A stretch of DNA of 64,000 nucleotides from Rotaria socialis (taxonomy: Eukaryota), in assembly GCA_905331295.1 (NCBI GenBank), contig CAJNYD010000039.1:186001-250000 (forward strand), in the 5' to 3' direction. The position numbers and the translations under genes are program-made. This document shows positions 1-13,071 of this stretch, piece by piece. Every line of letters starts with the position of its first letter. The stretch's first letter is position 1. Under the pieces are notes generated by a model. It had not been told where the DNA came from. It was given only the letters and a program-made list of their open reading frames with translations, and made no database searches.

Positions 1-2544
1 TAGCAACACACACTGGAAAGTGTTCAACTATTTCTTGGCACTTACTGTTGATTTTTGGGAGAATGAATATAAAATCTCGACAACAGAAAAATACTATAGT
101 AATTTTATCTGTCTGCTGGACCCCTTGAAAACTAGATGTACCACGTATTTTAAGCTTAAGAGTTACCGAGCCGTAATATCAAGGGAATTGAGGGTAAAGT
201 TAGCCTACACGAGAGCCCCGAGTTTTCAACATAAAAGAATTGGAGATGTACAATTGCACAATAAGGTCAAAGAACTCAGAAGAAGTAACAGACTAGAATT
301 AGTTACTTTACGAACCAATAAACTCACAAGTTTAGTGAATGAGAGATTCGACTGATCTTTTTCATCTAGCACCTTCTGGTCTAGAATAAGGAAGAACTTT
401 AAAACCACGAACTCCTTAGACGCATTAATAGATGAAGGTAACTCTAAAAAAAGAAATACCGAGGACATGTTAAACATAACAGCTGAGCACTGTGAAAAAC
501 TACTTTATGAATCGATTGTATATCGCCTACACACGTATGTAGATAGTCCAGAAATAGAATGGGATAATCATGAGGAACCCATCCTATCGGCTACAATGAC
601 AGAGTTAGTAAAGGTGATATCTAAAATAAAGAAAAAACACTCTAGTGATGCCCATGGCATATCACCATACATGCTGGGCTTCCTGCCAATCAATTATTGG
701 GGAGCTCTATTGTAGATATTTAACCGCTCGTTTACTACGTATTCAGGACCTTCATATTGGAAGCACGTAAAGACGAATCTATTAGCAAAAAAAGAGCGTA
801 TCTGTTCAATCAATGATACTAGACCGATTTCTCTGCTCAACATCTTCCTTAAAGTATTAGAGCGATTATGCCTGACAAGATTTCAACGTGTACTAAGTAA
901 TTGCGGAGTTATATACGAATCCCAATCTGGATTCCGATCGAATTTCAGACTACAATCACAAGTACTTATTCTTATAGATCAAATAGCATCACTGATGAGC
1001 ACGAGTACATCAATGGCAACAGTATTTGTAGATTTCAAACAGATACTCGACTAGTTATGGTGTGAAGAATGCTTAGGTAAACTAGCGAGACTAGGCGTTC
1101 CAGAGACCTACGTACTATGGATTGAAAGCTGGCTTAAAGATAAGGCGGAGTTTATAGAAATGAAAGGAATAAGCTCGAAGCTTTTCCCTATCCGAAGAGG
1201 AGGACCTCAAGGCTCGTGCTTATCTCCTGCTATATTCATCTCATACCATTGTGATATGTGATATTCCTTGAAAGCACCCTATCCAACTTCTTCGCTGACG
1301 ACCTAACCTGTGTGGTAGGAGGAATGTTGGGAATAAAGTACTCCCAACAATGTCTCGATTTAGAAAAAGAGACTAAAAGTGTTATTGGGGTACCACGAAT
1401 ATTATTCATTCCTATCTGCCCAGCCTATAAACTATGCTAAAACCGAGCTCATATGAACAGCCCGAGCGATCGGAAGCCCTAAATTTGAGATTTCGATTGG
1501 AGATAATGCAATCTCCTGGAAAAACAGCTTTAAATACCTAGGCTATCAGATCACATGTAAGCTATGCTGAGGAAAAATGATCACTGAATACAAAAATAAG
1601 ATAAGACAAAGAATAGCGATCATGAAATCTTGTCATATGTATGGTTCCTCAACACAGAAATTTCGAAGAATCCTGTTCTCTACCTTCGTGTTCCCGCTGT
1701 TTAATTGGTTATTCGGGATATTCCCAGTGCTAACAAACTGTCAACAGAACGATATGAACCACGTTTATCTCACGTGCTTGAAACGAACCCTAGTAGTATG
1801 GCTCTGAAACGACTATACGTTCTCACTACTATTCGAAGACAAGCCGCTAGAAAATCTATGTAGTAAATATTGGACAAAGTACAAGCTAGCGTTAAAGAGC
1901 TCAGTAGATGGAACGCTGCTTTTTGAACAGCACACCCTAAATGTCTTTAGGAGTCGATGACTGGAAAAAGCTTTCGTCGTGAAACATGTGTTCAGACCAA
2001 AACGCCTAGTTCCACGTGTTTCCGCCATCGAGAAATATCTAAAATGGTTAGAGAACAGTGAAGAGAATTCAATCCCCCACCTCGATGAATCTAATTTCAA
2101 GGTACTGGCAGAATTTCCGAGCTCATTCCTATGAAATGAAACTAGACTAAAACTAAAATAAACTAAGCTAATCTTCCCACTCCTAAACTAAGGACTGCTC
2201 GTAGACCATCTTCCACCTTTGCATCAATCACGCTACGAATGCCTCTTCTTTCCTTCTTCTTTCTCTGTGGTTTTATGTTTCTTTTTGTCTTCCTCCTGTT
2301 GTACCCTTGGATGGATTAGACGTTTGTGTGTTCTATTCTCCTTTTTCTCTTCCCTTGTCTTCCTCCCACATGGGAGCACCATGTATCCTTGTGATGGTGT
2401 TCCACCGGTGAGTGATAGGCATGTCTATCTCTAGTATTATTTCTATTTTTCTATCTGGCTTGTATTACGTTTCTTCTTGATGTCTCTTTTATGAATTCCA
2501 ACTTGTACCGCTCATGATGTATTAATAGGCCTTCGGGCATTAAT
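1..2544 (+). mobile_element. Decayed non-LTR retrotransposon (LINE), RT-containing 3' portion plus 3' UTR; 5' part lies outside the window
   Basis: Across stops and frameshifts the + strand reads RT motifs RPISLL..KVLERL, QSGFR, VFVDF, RGGPQGSCLSPAIF, FFADDL and FKYLG. The ORF ends at TGA 2132-2134, followed by a pyrimidine-rich 3' UTR and a terminal stem-loop. Confidence 0.9.
2521..2544 (+). other. Stem-loop with C(UUCG)G tetraloop at the probable LINE 3' end
   Basis: attaat-ag-gcc-TTCG-ggc-attaat forms a 9-bp stem with a 2-nt bulge. Confidence 0.6.
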
Positions 2545-2799
2545 TCTTCCGTTAAAGCATAAAAGGAATAGTCATAGTGACATGCGCTATCCTTTACTGT
2601 AATTGTATTTCGAGCACAACATAACAAGATTTGGTGAATGGTACAATATTATTCTGTACAGTAAAATTATGCGTTGATAAAAATTTAAGGAGTGTTAATA
2701 AAAAATGCAGCACATCAGCGTATTTTAGTCTTTCCTGATTCTTAATAAATAATAAGATTATGTTGTGTGTAATACTGAATTTTCCCTTGTTACATGAGC

Positions 2800-4585
2800 C
2801 TCATTGAAATTGAAATCTTTTTCATATAATCTTACCGCTGTATGATTTGATTGGATACTTGAAAAATTTTGAAGAAACTGTTGCGTGCAAGTGTAAAAGA
2901 GAATGCCTTGAGACTTAGTACCTCGTCTTTCCATTAAAGATATTAAAACTCATGAACAAATAGGCTATCCCATGACAATCATTCCAACCGTCTGAGCGAG
3001 CATCTTAAAAGGTCTGAAACGCTTATAAAACGGTATAAAAAGGCATTAATTTTCACCTTATTTCGCCATAATCCGTCAGCTCGTTTTCTGAGCTGGCGGA
3101 AAACGGCGCTGTTTTTCAACGTTTTATATGGTGTTTACGGCGTTTTACGCACCGTTTCTTGGATATGGGATGCTACAATTATAAGAATATAAGAAAGACA
3201 ATAGATTTCTATGGAAGGCTTTTCCATCATGCTATTTTCAATAAGTACAGTGCGAATAAAAGATATATGTTAACTTTCCAATTTAGCCCCAATAGAACTG
3301 AGCTGATAATCTTTTTCAATCTAATGTCAAATGAATCATGAAATCAATGTCTCATCTAACAAGTCGTTCTGATTTACTAGGGCGTGGCTTATAGAACAAC
3401 TAAGTGACGCTGAATATGCATCTCGTTTCGGATAAGATATTTTCACTTTGAGAAGACATCCTATTCCGCAATATTGAACATTCCGGGACCAGTCCCGCGC
3501 ACGGAACCAATTCCATCTAATTCCTGCAATTCTGTTTATCATTTCCAACACAATTCCGGAATTTCCGAAACAAATTCCCACCTTTTCCTCGGAATTCCTA
3601 GAAATCCCGCATAATTCTCAGCGATTCCGCTTGCCACTAATTCCGGAATTGCACTGAATTCCGTGCTATTCCGTGAATCGTTCGAAGTGATTCCGGGGGC
3701 GGAACTGGTTCTGGAATGTTCAAAATTGCGGAATAGGATGACTGCTCTTCACTTTGAAACGATATTCAAAAAAAGTATTGCGATGAAATCAATGAAACCT
3801 TCGATAGTTTAAATAAATGAATATATGTAAGTAACTCCCAATAGTAATAAAAGATGTCGACGAACTAAAACGTACAGTGTGATAATTATGACATTATTGG
3901 TTAAATAATATGTTGCTACATTTAACGACAAATGTTATGACTATAACTCACCATCATTCTTGGTGAATACATTAATTCGATACCCAGATATCCAGAGTGT
4001 ATCTGCTTTTACATACAGCACACATGCTGCGAGTATAACTACTATAAATATAGAACCGATAGGGTGGGGCACAGCGACGAGGTGATTTTCCAAAATTCAT
4101 TTCTTGTACGCTACACTCTCGAATACATCCATGTATTGATGCATTGACCTTGTTGACTATAGAGTGTTTTCCCACTGCATGATCGTTTCCTCAGTTTGTC
4201 TGTTCTCTTGTACACGATCCACTCTTATGTCAAGTACATGAGAGGATGTAAATGAAAGGAAAACACAAAAAAGATCTAAAAATGGCGTAATACATCATGT
4301 TACCGGTAGGCAGAGAATAAATATTCATCTGATTATAAACATTGAAGATTTGAATTCGCTTCGTGCCAGCTCAGTAAGGATTATTGTTGCTGTATAAATA
4401 GTATCTTCTCAATTTTCAGATGGTTCGTAACTGGAAGACTGTTAATTTACAATTAGTCAGCAACTTCACTAGTTTTTAATAAGCATTTTCTGAAAAGAAA
4501 GACTACCTTTTCTATCTCTCTAATCAAACCAAAGAGTTCTCACTAAATTTAGATACAGCGTAAGCAATTGAAGTGAAAAATAGCC
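2800..4585 (+). repeat. Copy 1 of a diverged local segmental duplication (non-coding region upstream of the GT25-like gene)
   Basis: Collinear blocks: 2802/10651 cattgaaattgaaat; ~2884/10678 gcgtgcaa..aaagagaatg; 3278-3400/10859-11013 ccaatttagcccc..atagaactga..ttctgatttac; ~4091/11306 aaattca.ttcttgtacgcta.actc; ~4541/11383 agatacag..gtgaaaaata. Confidence 0.75.
3450..3747. mobile_element. MITE with ~55-bp TIRs and 8-bp TSD (hAT/MULE-type)
   Basis: Left end gagaagacatcctattccgcaatattgaacattcc; right end reverse-complemented gagcagtcatcctattccgcaattttgaacattcc. Perfect flanking ttcacttt at 3442-3449 and 3748-3755. Internal attcc/ggaat repeats. Confidence 0.9.
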
Positions 4586-5846
4586 ACTTTTTCTTCTCGA
4601 TAATGCGATGATTAGTTCGAATCTCTCTGAAGACTCTCAAAATAAAAAGCTAGCCATACTATATTATTATTAAGAATACCGACGGATTTCAATTGCAGCC
4701 AGGCAGCTGAATAAGATGGGTATTTTAATATCCCATTTTTGGAAACGCTTCATGAAATCGGAATGAACCAAACTGCTGAAAAGTTTTTATTTTTACTAAG
4801 CTCGATTTTAGTGAAACTTTCTTTATTTTTGTTCCCTTGACTCAAACGATTATTTTGTTAATATTTCATACCTCATTTTCTGCTATTCTTCTCATAATAT
4901 TAGTCATAAATATGGTTCGCGTGGACGTATCGAACTGTAGTGATGATTTCGACATGTATCTACACTTGAAATCATAGTTAATCCACTACCATTCAACTGT
5001 AAATGTTCCAATGATTACGGTACAACATCTGGATACTATGAAATTTACTTCGTAACTATGAAGTCTTTATGAAAAAGCTGCTAAATCGTCACTAAGTTTC
5101 GAGTCACATTTGACCTGGGTTTAATCTATGTCAACCTTCTGGGCAATCTCTTCAATGTAATTCTTCAACTAGTTATGCATTATCTATATTTTGTTCTTCA
5201 TTTGTTTGCCATTTTGTCACATTATCGATCCTATTTTTTTCGTTTTTATTTTGTATGTGAATTTTTTTCTTTTTCTTTACATTAGAATTCCCTTAACGAA
5301 TTTGTCTGTTTTTTCTTAGTTATGTTTCTTCGGCTGTACGTAAATGCACATTGTCGTCCGTGGAAATTATAAGTTACAGATGCACGATACACATGCTGTC
5401 GAATATTGAGTTGTGGTGAGTTTGTTCTGTTTGCATTCTTCGAATCTTATTATTTTGCCGAGTGTTTGCTTATCTTATTTTTTAAGGGATTCATTCATGA
5501 ATAGTCACAGCAAACATAGAGAAGAAATAAAAAGAAACTCTAGTAAATATATTTGCAAATTTATTTTTTTTCCTTCTCCACATTCAGTCATAAATTAAAA
5601 TCATATTAAATAATTAGCATCGACGAAAGCCACAAATTTTGCTTCAGCACTTATTTTCTTACGACATATTTCTCAAATAGAATGTGAGATAATGATTTAT
5701 AGTTGTGTGTGCTCGTTTTGTCTTTTCTGGTGAGTATTTGCGTGGATTCCGATTAAGTTTCGATCTAAGTAATGGTTTACACATTCTACCAAGGTTTCCG
5801 ATATTGTAGAAAAAACACAGTATATGCTTTCCATACTTCACATTGT

Positions 5847-6101
5847 TGAACTCGAGTAGCTGTCTAATTCGAGTTCGAATATAAATTGAGAAAAGGAAAA
5901 GTTAAACTAAAACTAAATCTATTCCTAGATTTAGTTTTAGTTTAACTTTTCGATATATGCGGCATATGAATACATATATACCCTTCGCCCGCACCCACAT
6001 TTGAGCACTCCTCCATGGTATCCATGACTCACATTCACATTTGAAGTATCCCGGATACCCTCTCTACACCCCTTCCGGGTACCCTTCACCCACACCCACA
6101 C
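5847..6101 (+). repeat. Dispersed hairpin-rich repeat, copy 1, ending in CCCACA motifs
   Basis: Highly similar to 42154-42344 (offset 36300). Perfect 26-bp inverted repeat 5896-5921/5926-5951, a second imperfect hairpin at ~5847-5876, and the end cccttcacccacacccacac. Confidence 0.85.
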
Positions 6102-7222
6102 TATTAAAGTGTTCACTATGTTTACTTGGGATAGACCTCCGATTGAGCATATTAAAGCTTACTCAATGTACCTTATAACACTTACTTTAAGTCACACTAC
6201 ACAAATGCATATAACAGAGCAACGAAGAGTTAAAGTGTACACTGATCTCTAAAGGAGAAATGTGTCAATCTGATTGTGAGGTCTCTCGTTTATTTTATTT
6301 GAAAATAACGTGACTTTTATGAAACAAAATATTAGGGGATGACATTCATATAGGTGAGACGAGAGTTCACGTGTAGAAAACAGCTTACTCGTCTGTAAGG
6401 AAATAATGAATATGGCAGAATGAGTTCAACAATAGTTTATTGTTAATATACCGTATGTATTTGTACAATATATAATTATATATTAACGACGATATAATAA
6501 ATAATAATAATAACAGAAAAGATAGGAGGATGTTTTATATCGATCGAGAAGAAAAAGCAACTGGTATGGAAACAAAATCTAACTACCAAATAGATACTCA
6601 ATCGTGCGAATGAATTATATCTGACAAATGACGTAATAAATCCAACGAGATTGAGAAACATAAACATATTTATAAATAGCTTAGCGTCAGTTAACGACAT
6701 ACACTGACACTAACACTGATTTTGATTTTTCAATGATCTGCCTTGTTCTTCCCTTTTAGTCTTCCTTCTAGTATTCACTCTATTGCCATCGATCTCTGTA
6801 GCTTTCCATATACAAACCTACTTCAAATGTGCAACACATATAATTCATTTTTAATAGTATGAAAATATTTGAGTATCATAAAAGAACAGACAAGTCAAGT
6901 ATTTTTACAATAAATCTAGAGAACAAGCTTTGATATACATTCAACAGTTATGTCTTTAAATTTTGTGAAACACGATCTGAAAGGAGTGTTAAAGTATATA
7001 GCTAGGGTAGAAATTTGGACCCATCTCCCCCCCCCCCCACAGATCGTTACAGAGAAATTAATGAGATTCCATACATCATCATACAGGCCGTAACAGAGAA
7101 GCTCCACAGACCAGCACTGACCGTGATTGACGGATTCCAGAAAAGGAGTTTCATCGTGTTTCACATTTTAATCCCACAGGAATTGCGCTAACAGCTTTTA
7201 TTTTAGATTTTTCAATAGAATA

Positions 7223-9254
7223 ATGTTTCCGCAGAAGGTTTCTAATGCAATCAAATCGTTCGTGAAAGATGGCGACAAAGATCTACTTCGTCACTGGATT
7301 ACTAGAATTTCCTTGATATTATTTCTTATAATCATATTATTCGCTATGAACAAGTGGGGTAAACGATCACATCGCTGCCGATTGATGATTATCAAGAATG
7401 GAAACTCATCATATATACAAAGACATCATGGTCAACCATATTTAGCATATGTAATCACTTCTACACATCGACGTTTCAACTCTACCTACAAACAACTTAC
7501 CAATGCGTTACCAAGGTTTTTTAATATTATTCGTAGACAATCCGTCTCACATAATGATTCACGAATTATGGGTCACGCCCAAGTAAACGTTTTATCACTT
7601 ATTCTTACTCACATTAGTGTATGGGATGAAATCGGATCGAAATCTGAGAATGAACTGGGCGAGAACGACTGGGTATTTGTATTTGAAGACGATATCGGTG
7701 TAGTTACGGCACCACTCGTCAAATTTATTTACAAAAGAATACACGCAAGACGACGCTATGCGATTCCTACCAATATTGTAGCAAGTAAGTAGTTCAATAT
7801 TTTTCAAAAAGTAAACTATTTTTCATAAATTTCAATAGCTTTCATAAAGGAAGGAGACGATAACGGCGTCGCATTCGCATCTTATCTGATCTCATAAACT
7901 GTTCAATAGTTTCTGATACTTCGATGTCGAGCTGATCTTCTATTTTAAGTTTCTGAGAAAGTACATTTGCTCATAAGCTTTGTATCGTCAACAATTTGAT
8001 TGCGTTTATATTCGCTACTCACGATTATCTAAAAAGAATAGAATAGGCATGGTTTACTTTTTGTAGAATCATATTATCGATGAAAATAGCGTCAGATATT
8101 TTTAACATACTTTCCGATAATTACATCTATATAGTTTAAATGAAGAGTTAAAAGCAATTAGAAAGTTAGTGAAGATGCTGAGACAACACCCTAGCAAGAA
8201 CACCTAACAGGAAGAAATATTCCACATGCAACGATATTTTTTTCCTGCTTGATCAGCAACTTCAACAAACTTTAGTTGGGTGATCGAAAAAAAACTGTTT
8301 GTAGATGTTCAAGTTTCATGTGTAACGCTATGGGGTTCACTTACAAATACGATTCGTGTTCTCGTATGGCAATGGAAAAAAACAAAAATTCAATTTGATA
8401 TAGACCACATATACAATAAGAATGAATATCAGAGTGATATGTATGAATAAAAAGTAAAAAGAAATGTTCGACTAGAGAAAATTCTGCTTGTAGAGTACAT
8501 GACTAATTGGTAATATCTGATTGAAAATTCGTCTGAGGAGTATTTTCTCAATGTTGTATTTCTTTCTTGTTTTTTTTTATTCCCTATTCAAAAGTTAAAT
8601 AGATTCTATGAACAATAAATCAACTACATAACAAAATATCAAGGCTCTTTGTTTCTGTCCATGCTCATTAATGTTTCAATCATACTTTATGATAGTTCGA
8701 AAACGCATTAAAGGAAACATTTTCTGATTCGATTGAGATTTTCAAATATCTCGATCACAACAGACTCTACTGCATGATGCAAATGCAAAGAGTAATGTTC
8801 TCGAAATGTCAAAGCTAGTTTCCTACCACTAGATCTGACTTACTTTTTTCATATTTATCTTTGAATAGAAACTATCGAAGAAGGACTCAAATTGGCAAAA
8901 AACGATGGAATTCTATATCTTGGCACATGTGGACCTGTGTTCATGGACAATGATACCAATATTCAGAATTCACGCAATCGTCTGATCCAATTCCGGCGTG
9001 GTGTATACTTTTGTACGCATGCAATAGCCTACACAAAATGGCGTGCACGAAGATTCTGGAGTGACTTAGCTACATATAGACTTTTTCACCGCGAAGTTGG
9101 TAGTGACACAATAGCTCGAGAATGGCAAAGACTTTCAAAAACGTATCCATTCAGTGCAGCGACAAATATACATTGGCCACCAGAAACTGGTCACTACGGT
9201 TTATTCTTCCAGGATAGAGGAAATCTTCCTTCCATTATACAAGGATGGACTTGA
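7223..9254 (+). CDS. Type II membrane glycosyltransferase, GT25-like (exons 7223-7784 and 8869-9254)
   Basis: N-terminal TM segment (ISLILFLIIILFAM) and GT25-like motifs AYVIT, LTHISVW, VFVFEDD, ILYLG, CTHAIAY. The phase-1 intron gtaagt..aatag joins the exons in frame. Family call is by motif resemblance. Confidence 0.75.
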
Positions 9255-9269
9255 ATATGTTTGATTTCT

Positions 9270-10428
9270 TAAAAAGCGAGGTTTCGTACCAAACCTAGAA
9301 AAAACAATTTAAAAAAAGTATCGCCCGTGGTATGCATACTACGGCTTCCAAAAACACTCGAGCAGTATACATACCACAGATGGTACCAGAGAATTAAAGT
9401 CAAATCCACCGTTGATTTCCACATTTGAAGTTACCTACAATATAGAAATAAATAAATTTAATCATTTTATAAGATCAAACTTACTCCATTATTTTTGTAC
9501 TTGGATCAAACCTAAAATAAACAAAAAACGACATTTATTTTGTTTCATAACATCAGAATAAGGCTTACCTAAAATTTCATATCTATATTAACCTAGAATT
9601 AAAAAATGAATAATTCTTTCGATTTGTCAAGATAGAACTTACCTAAAAGTGCGTACATACATCAAACCTAAAACAAAAAACTACACAAACTTATTAAATT
9701 ATATACGATCAAACTGACCAGAAATTGCAGCTCTGAAGCAATCTATAAAAAAAACAATTTGTGTTATTTTGCGAAATCTAATTTACTTAAAATTTTATAT
9801 ATGAATGAATCTATAATAAACAAACAAATTTATTCATTTTCATCACATCAAACTTACCCACGAATTGAGAGTGGAGTTGAAATAAAAAATCTACGTTGTG
9901 AATTTTAGACTCCTGCTCGATGCATTTTCTCAGCCATGAAAGCTCGGATACAAAAGCTGATAACAGATTTTGAACTCTGGCACCCAGATAAGCTATAGGA
10001 AGTTTGGCATAGATAATAAACTGGTGAAAAGTTAAATGCAAAAACTATGAAACCTTGGGATAGTTTCCGAAACGAACGCTGGTTTGATCGGTATTTTACA
10101 AAACCTTCAAGCACACTAGCAAGTGTGAAAAAGCTCCGTACAAATAATACCAAACCTTCGGATCGTCCACGAAACCAACAGTGGTTCCGTGGGTATATGA
10201 CGAAACCCTCTGCCATTTCACAAAACTATCAGAGGATTCGTACATGACGGACCAAACCACAAACCACTTTACGGAACCTTCAAAGAGCTCAGGCGAAAAA
10301 TTGCGAAACCTTATGAAATCTGCTGAATACAAAATAGTTCTGAAAGGAGTCGACGGAACTTAAAATCTTTCGGTGGAGAAATGCGGAACTATTAAGATTC
10401 GGTAGAGTATCGATTTTTTTAGAGTGTA
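9270..10428. mobile_element. Degenerate DNA-transposon-derived region rich in AAACC short repeats
   Basis: Recurring (tc)aaacct / cgaaacc units. The right end ttttttagagtg-ta resembles the ta-ctctctaaaaaa end of the element at 56139. Left boundary is unclear. Confidence 0.45.
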
Positions 10429-10649
10429 GTACTGTTAACAGAATACGATTAGTTTTAGGCAACAAATATTCATGTTGCAGAAGATGAAATGTTTTCATGG
10501 TGAATGGATTGATTTGTTAATGAAGTCCTGTTGATGATTCTTCTTAAAAAATCTGTATCACGACTAGAACGTTTCATTTATACATATGTTTCAATGTATG
10601 ATGTAAGAAGTTTATATGCTATTTCAAACTTGTTACTTTTACCTTAACA

Positions 10650-11430
10650 CCATTGAAATTGAAATGTTTATAATATCGCGTGCAAATTCAAAAGAGAATG
10701 TCTCATGACTCCCCCACTTCCTCTTACCGTTGAACTCATTGATAACTAGACAATTCCATAATTCCACCTGTTAGAAAGAAAGTACCCTTTTAATAGGAGA
10801 CTGTTCAGTGGAGTGATTTCCGATAAATTGAGTGGGAGTAACAGATTTATGTGAAATTCCAAATTTAGCCCCGATAGAACTGAACTGATAATCTTTTTTA
10901 ATCTAATGTGAAATGCATCACAAAGTCAATGCTTCACCTAGTATTTTCATCTATGTAACGCATTCGTCCTCAAGCAATTCGTTCTGATTTACTTGTGTAT
11001 GGTTTATAGAACATAAAATCTAATCACAATTATAAACGAATAAGCTAGACAGTCTTGAGATTTATAAAAGCATACATATATATAAATCACAATAGTAATG
11101 AAAACAATTGGCATCCAAAAATAGAGACACATAACGTGTTGGTTTTATCAATTCAATAATATATTGCTGCAACATAAGTGATTGATGAGACGTAAACTGA
11201 AAAGAACTGGTTTTATCAAGTCAAATATCAGCACATATACTGTGAGTACACTTAATATGGATAGGGGAGCGGATGGAGAGGGACAAAGTGATTGGGTGTT
11301 GATGGCAAATTCACTTCTTGTACGCTATACTCCCTACTAAGTTTTTGTGTTCATACATGTCTTATAAAAGCAAAAGATTTTTCATTAATTTCAGATACAG
11401 TGTTAGAAGTCGCAGTGAAAAATAATCAAA
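10650..11430 (+). repeat. Copy 2 of the local segmental duplication
   Basis: Collinear diverged matches to 2800-4585; no match to the MITE at 3450-3747 was seen here. Confidence 0.7.
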
Positions 11431-11982
11431 ATTGACTAAGATCGTTTTACTTCGTATAAATCAATTTAGTAATGTTAAAGAAGCCAAACTTAATAAGTCT
11501 GGTGCATCTCAGTTTAGTCAATTGATTTTAACAGATACACTATGAACATTTCGCTCAACTGTTCTTTATTTTCATTATAATCATTCTCAAATTAGAACAA
11601 CATCAATAGTTACAACAAATCTTACACAGTTGATAATTATGTTTTATAGTATATTAAATGATGCATCGATTTATTCTCTTATTCCTTTGCTTCGCATTCA
11701 CTGTGCATTACGAAGCCTTTGTGTGACAATCAAAAGTACATATGTAGCAGAGCTCACTAGTACAGAGCAAGTCTTTATGCTGGTTTGTGAATAACTTAAA
11801 TCCATTAGTTTATTTATACATAAAAATATCTATCTTATTCTTATTTTAGTGTGTCCGGTCTTCCATTTATTAATCAAAATGATTTTCCTATATCGTGAGG
11901 GTGTGCGTGTGGATACGAATGAGATAAAGACTCACACCGACACCCTTTTTATGAGTGCATTTCAATTTCGATGTGTCATCTT

Positions 11983-12300
11983 CCCAGGTGAATGAATCCG
12001 ACAGTGAATCCTATCGGATCTCATGGGATCCGACAAGTCGACAAAATCCGATCAGATTCCTGGCCACGGACCGCTAACGGATCCGACGGAAAAAAAACAT
12101 TTTCTTAATCACCAATGAATAAGCATATGGTGCCAACAAAACGCATAGGGCGAATGCTTATGTTGAATTCCGTTAACTTTCGACACTGGAACCTATCGGA
12201 TTCCAACACTAAGGTACCGATTGTGGGCCCCACACCCGGATACCGATAAGATTCCGAGACGAGTACGATAGGATCCCACTATCGGAATCATTCTCCTGGG
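11983..12300. mobile_element. MITE, CCCAGG..CCTGGG family
   Basis: Left cccaggtgaatgaatccgacagtgaatcctatcg versus right reverse complement cccaggagaatgattccgatagtgggatcctatcg; internal atccga/tcggat repeats. Confidence 0.85.
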
Positions 12301-12720
12301 CATAAGTAAATTCATTTTAGAAATACTGTAATGATCCATTCACATCAGTCAGTAGATCACAGCTAATGACTAGAAACAATGATAGAAACGTTGATCATTG
12401 CGATGATTGTCCAACGAAATTAATACTATGCTACTGGCATCAAATACATTAGTTTACATTTTCTTTTCTTTTATAATAATTATACTTCTAAAACAAGAAT
12501 TTGATGCATTTAAATATGTATTTGATGTGAAAATATGTGAAAATTAAATTATTTAACAAAAAACTTGTTCTTGTAAAGCGCAAGCTCCAATTAAGCGTTC
12601 TTTCCTCCAAGCGTCGCGAGAAAATATGTTTTAATCATTAACTGTTCTGCGAAATATGATTAATCTGTACTTTACGCCGATTTTTTTCAAAATCACCAAA
12701 ATCGCGCCTATTTTCACGAC

Positions 12721-13071
12721 ATGAGTATCAAAGAAGGATTCGAATTAGCGAAATATGATGAAATTCTATATCCCAATATGCAGTATCCCCGTGATGGTCT
12801 GATCCAATTTCGATGTGGTCTATATTTTTGCATGCATGCAATAGTCTACACAAAATGGCGTACAGGAAGATTCTGGAGTGATTTAGCAGTATATAGAATT
12901 TCACACAGCGAAGTCGGTAGTGATACATTAGTTCGAGAATGGCAAAGACTTTCAAAATCTTATACACTGAGTACAACGACAAATATACATTGGCTACCAA
13001 CTTCTGGGTACTACGGGTTCTTCTTCCAGGATAGTGATAGACATCCCTTCATTATACAAGGAAAGGTTTGA
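12721..13071 (+). pseudogene. Orphan paralog of exon 2 of the GT25-like gene
   Basis: Clearly aligns with 8873-9254 (LIQFR.G.YFC.HAI.YTKWR..RFWSDLA.YR). It has a 36-bp in-frame deletion removing the LGTCGP region, and no exon 1 or splice acceptor was found upstream. Confidence 0.8.

Noticed and set aside
2505..2550. Hammerhead ribozyme at the retroelement end
   Set aside because: The UUCG hairpin resembles stem II, but the CUGANGA and GAAA core is absent.
9400..10340. CRISPR-like repeat-spacer array, or the ORFs at 9811-10498
   Set aside because: The repeats are short, degenerate and irregular, there are no cas genes, and the context is eukaryotic; the ORFs are by-products of the repeats.
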